Assembly (NCBI GenBank): GCA_030390025.1
Contig: CM059431.1
Location: 159,652,001-159,716,000 of the forward strand
DNA length: 64,000 nt
Origin: Squalus acanthias
Lineage: Eukaryota
Reading direction: 5' to 3'
In this document: positions 59,855-64,000 of the stretch, piece after piece
Layout of the letters: each line of letters starts with the position of its first letter
Position numbering within the stretch: the first letter of the stretch is position 1
The notes under the pieces: model-generated
The model's database searches: none
What the model was told of the DNA's origin: nothing
What the model saw: the letters and a program-made list of their open reading frames with translations, nothing else
Program-made: the position numbers and the translations under genes

Positions 59855-61691
59855 GGGGGAAATTTGGTTTTGACCATTTTGGGCCACGAATATCTGCCGG
59901 GCGCAAAATTTAGCATCTGCCGCAAATTATCGCCGGTGACCGGTAAGTTCATCTGCAGCGCCCCGGAGGTGATTGCAGCGCTAAATCAAGCGCTACACTC
60001 TTCTCTTAGTGCGCTAACGTCGGGGAACGGGGCGCTACCTCAGAGTGCTACTCAAGCTCAGGCACTGTCAATTATCTGTTTCTCAGATATACTGTCACCT
60101 TCCAGTTCTTAAAGGGGAAGGTCCATCATGCTGCACAGCCTCACCCTGATCATTGCTGCGTTTGACCTGGGCCTGCAAGGAGTTGCAAATCGTCAGCAAC
60201 TATTAACATGGCTGGTCAGAGGCCCATGGAGAGAGCTCGCCGTTTCAGTAACCAGGCATTGGAGGCTATGGTTGTGACTGTGGAAGGCCGACGAACAGCG
60301 CTGTTTCCAGACATGGCAGGAGGCCATTACCCCGGGAATTCACAAGGATGTAGAGGGAGGTGGTCCATTACATATCATTCAGAAGCCTGGTCCAAAGGAC
60401 TCACACCCAGTGCTACAACAAGTTCAACGACCTCACTCGGGTGGTCAGGGTGAGTAGATGCTTGTACTACCTTTACATCCCACTATCTCAAACTCACTCT
60501 GTGCACAAACGGTGTAAAATGCCAAATCCCCAAAACTCACCCAACAACTATGCCCATTTACTAAATGTCACATCCACAACTCACACCTTAACACACATTA
60601 ACGGCTATTCAACTATGGTAGACACATCTGCCAAACACATGGCTGCACAATCACACACAAGCTGTCCTTTTTCTTGCAGGCCAGGCTTTCTCATTTCTCT
60701 GTTGAAGGGAGCAACAACGCATGGGAGGAGGTCAGGCGGAGCTGCACCCCCTCACACAGCTGGAGGAGCGAGTTCACAGATTAATCGCGAGCCATGTCGT
60801 AGGTGGTGTGGCAGCTGGAGAGGTCAACCTACTTGGGTACTGCAACGGTATGTTCAGCATCTCTCTCTCCTCTCTCATACCACTTCCCCCTCACAACACG
60901 AGCCTATCCCACTTTCCATCAAACTAAACTATCTCCATTCCTTGCTCCCTTCCTGTCCCCTGCCCTCACGTTAAAGCCACTGTTGTGCCTTCCTAATTTC
61001 AGAGAGTGAGCCATTATCTGACCAGCCTGTCCCTCAGCCTCCCAGTGAAAGCGATGCAGGACAGGAGGAGGAACACCAAGCTGGAACCTCACTGGGAGGG
61101 TAAGGTCTCCTGTGCAGAGCTCTGTGGGCCCTCCTCCCTCTGGCCACGTTTTCCTCTCTCTCTCTTCACTTCCACTGCCTCCGACGGTGAAGCTGGAGGA
61201 CGAGGCCCCACGTTCGTACAACCCCCATTAAATCTTCTAAATGTAGTAGTAATAAAGCTTACAGAAATGGGAACCTGGAAAGTCTTGCTGACGTCCAAAA
61301 CTCTTTAAATTTGGATAGCGTTAAATGTTACCAGATGCCCCTCTCCCTCTCACAACCTGCGAATGCAGAATTGATTGCCAACAGGAAAGAGCATGAAACG
61401 CTCGCCTTTAAATAGCGCATCCCCAGCCGACTGCAAAACATCCCCCCCTACCAGGCGCTGAGGCAGGGGTCGAGAATCAATTTCCAGCTTGGGGCGCTAC
61501 CAGGATGACATCATAATCTCTGGGCGCATTTAAATCATGGCGGTAGTGTTTAGCGCCACCGCAAACTGCCAGGTCAATTTCGGAGGTTGTGCTAAGATCA
61601 CCGTACATGGGCAGTAAGATTTTAGCGCCCCATTAGCGCCCCTGGAGGTGCTAACAGGAGGCGCTAACCAACTGAACTTCCCCCCCCCCCC
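59855..61691 (+). mobile_element. Harbinger/PIF deletion derivative retaining a decayed Myb/SANT-like gene
   Basis: GGGGGAAATTT...AACTTCCCCC termini, CAT/AAT flanks; CR1 host sequence resumes on both sides. Confidence 0.75.
60208..60848 (+). pseudogene. Myb/SANT-like DNA-binding protein remnant (Harbinger ORF; intron 60450-60679)
   Basis: RARRFSNQALEAMV..VEGRR..LFP, RTHTQCYNKFNDL, then GGGQAELHPLTQLEERV after a GTGAGT...TTCTTGCAG intron; frameshifted. Confidence 0.7.
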
Positions 61692-62051
61692 AATATCTTT
61701 AGTCATCCAGGGAGCTGTAGCTTTGAATTCCCTTCCTTTCCCTCTTGTTGTAATGTGTCTAGTCTTTACTCGAACTATCTCCTCTTTCAAGGCCTCCCGT
61801 TGCTCATTTACTCTTTTGCCTACCAATCTGAGATTCCAATCAACCTGGGCCAGAACCCTTTTCAACTCTTTCAAATTAGCCGTCCTCTATTTGAATGTTT
61901 TCACGTTTGATTTTTCCTTGTCCTTTTCCATAACTACTCTAAAGCTAATGATATTGTGATCACTGTTTCCCAAATGCTCACTCACTGAAACAGACTCCAA
62001 TTGCCCGATTCATTCCCCAGAACTAGATCCAGCACTGCTTCATTTCTTGTT

Positions 62052-62137
62052 AGAAGTCGCACAACACCAGATTATAGTCCAACAGCTTTATTTGAAATCA
62101 TAAGCTTTCGGAGCGCTGCTCCTTCGTCAGGTGAAGT
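62052..62137 (-). mobile_element. Short Penelope-terminus fragment with hammerhead motif (62098-62134)
   Basis: Imperfect TSD CTTCATTTCTTGTT/CTTCCTTTCTTGTT; same sequence family as the other pLTR copies. Confidence 0.8.
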
Positions 62138-62834
62138 CTTCCTTTCTTGTTGGACTGGGAACATACTAATCAGGAAAATTTCCTGTACACATTTTAGCAT
62201 TTCTTCCCCAGTCTATATTCGGACAAGTGAAGTGCCCCGTTATCACTACTCGAAAGTTCTTGCAGCTTTCTGCAATTTGCCTGCAAATTTGCTCCTCTAT
62301 CTCCTTTGCGCTATTTGGTAACCTATATTATACACCCAGGAGTGTAATAGCTCCTCTATTGTTCCTTCATTCTAACCAAATAGATTCTGTCTTTGATCTC
62401 TTTCAACCCTCAAGTATATCATCACTTACTAGTGATGTAACAGTATATTTGATTAATACTGCTACCCGCTCCTGTTTTCCATCTCTATCTTTCCTGAATA
62501 TTTTGTAGTCAGGAACATCAAGTGTCCATTCATCGCCTTGTTTGAGCCAGGTTTCCGTTATTACCACTTTATGAACATATCATAATCCCATGTGGCTACT
62601 TGTGCCTGCAGTTCGCCAACCTTATGATGCACATGCATTGTAAACCCATTTTAGTCGGCCTTGCAATCCCAGCCCCCTGACTGAACCTTCCTATTTTTGA
62701 ACTACTCTTTCTCCTAATGCTGTTTGTCTCTCTCATTCCTCTGTGCACCTTGCATCTCCTCGCTAATGTTTCATCCTGGTGCCCCTCTCCCTGCCAAATT
62801 CAGCTTTGCTAAATCTTTATAAATTCGAAAGTAC

Positions 62835-63790
62835 TCCGAGGACTCAGAGAGGGCACGGAGGAGATTTACTCGAATGGTGCCAGGGATGAGGGACTTCAAT
62901 TACGCGGAGAGACTTGGGAAGCTGGGTTTGTCCTCCTTAGCTGTGGCTCAGTTGGTAGCACACTCGCCTCTGATAGTCCTAAGGTTGTGGGTTCAAATCT
63001 CCAGGGACTTGAGCACATAAAGCTAGGCTGACACTCCAGTGCAGTGCTGAGGGAGTGCTGCATTGTCGGAGGTACCGTCTTTCAGATGAGACATTATACC
63101 GAGGCCCCATCTGCTCTCTCAGGTGGATGGAAAAGATCACACGGCACTATGTCGGAGAAGAGCAGGGGAGTTTTCCCCGGTGCCCTGGCCAATATTTATC
63201 CCTCAACCAATACAACAAAAACAGATTATCTGGTCATCATCACATTGCTGTTTGTGGGAGCTTGCTGTGCGGATTTTTGGCTGCCGTGTTTCCCACATTA
63301 CAACAGTGACTCCACTTCAAAAGTGCTCCATTAACTGTAAAGCGCTTTGAGAATCCGGTGGTCGTGAAAGGCGCTATATAAATGCAAGTCTTTCTTTCTT
63401 AGAGCAGAGAAGGTTAAGTGGAGATTTAATTGAGGTGTTCAAAAATTATGAGGGGTTTTGATTGAGTAGATAGGGAGAAAATGCTTCCACTGGCAGGAGG
63501 GTCGGTAACCAGAGGACACAGATTTAAAATAATTGGCAACAAAGCCAATTATGAGGAGATATTTTTTACAGAGCGAGTTGTTGTGATCTGGAATGTGCTG
63601 CCTGAAAGGGTGGCGGAATCAAATTAAATAGTAACTTTCAAAAGGGAATGTGATAACCACTTGAAAAGGAAAATGTTGCAGGTCTATGTGGTGGGAGCAG
63701 GGGAGTGGGACTAATTGTTAACCCCTTTCAGAGAGCCGGTACAGGCAAGATGGCTGAATGACCTCCTTCTGTGCTGTATGATTCTATGAT
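62835..63790 (+). mobile_element. CR1 3' fragment split by a SINE
   Basis: GGAGATTTACTCGAATGGTGCCAGGG...TCCTTAG | AGCAGAGAAGGTTAAG...; TATGATTCTATGATT tail. Confidence 0.8.
62941..63400 (+). mobile_element. Full-length tRNA-derived DeuSINE (SacSINE1-like) with L2-type tail
   Basis: A box TGGCTCAGTTGG, B box GGTTCAAAT, Deu-like core, tail GGCGCTATATAAATGCAAGTCTTTCTTTCTT matching the L2 tail at ~59395. Confidence 0.85.
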
Positions 63791-63791
63791 T

Positions 63792-63945
63792 TAAGAATAG
63801 ATTAGATAAGTGGTTGAAGGAAAGGGGTATAAAGGGATGTGGGAACACCATGCATACATGGGATTAGGACTACTGCTCATGTATAAACAACACGGACTGG
63901 TTGGGCAAAACGGCCCATTCCATGTTGTAAATTCTATGTAATTTT
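63792..63945 (+). mobile_element. Short CR1-like 3'-end fragment
   Basis: Ends with AATTCTATGTAATT and resembles CR1 RT end/3' UTR. Confidence 0.45.
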
Positions 63946-64000
63946 GACTTCAGTGCCCTCGTTTGTTTGAGTTTTGCTCCCTTTGCATTAGCACTCGGGT

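Larger units (their letters stand above)
57525..62800 (-). mobile_element. Old CR1 ORF2 remnant in pieces (57525-57680, 59436-59854, 61692-62800) hosting L2, Harbinger and pLTR insertions
   Basis: Colinear CR1 peptides (LNKYFASVFTKE; LAQVDWN...APWMTKDI) resume across each insertion. Confidence 0.75.

Noticed and set aside
38696..63010. tRNA genes at the two SINE heads
   Set aside because: A/B boxes continue into Deu-domain SINE bodies; no complete cloverleaf is evident.

Overview
Repeat-dense vertebrate genomic DNA, most likely from a cartilaginous fish. This is inferred from Deu-domain SacSINE1-like SINEs, CR1 LINEs with SGNH-esterase ORF1, and a two-exon GPR139-like GPCR. Bases 1-28030 are a compound satellite block (39, 48, 49, then 48 bp related units) interrupted by a MITE, a SINE, a near full-length CR1, a 5'-truncated Penelope-like element (PLE) and short PLE-end insertions. 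A two-exon GPR139-like gene with a frameshift follows (28288-30444), then nested CR1/L2/SINE/LTR/Harbinger debris. The most notable structure is a three-level nesting. First, short PLE-terminus elements carrying a minimal hammerhead ribozyme motif insert at a recurring target, twice at the identical nucleotide of two different CR1 copies. Second, one of these is itself the target of a head-to-tail pair of nearly identical 7.15-kb Tx1-clade LINEs with intact ORF2 and a 24-bp TSD. Third, each Tx1 has a 5' leader that mimics the target, which would regenerate the insertion site. Family assignments come from motif recognition by eye; no database searches were run.
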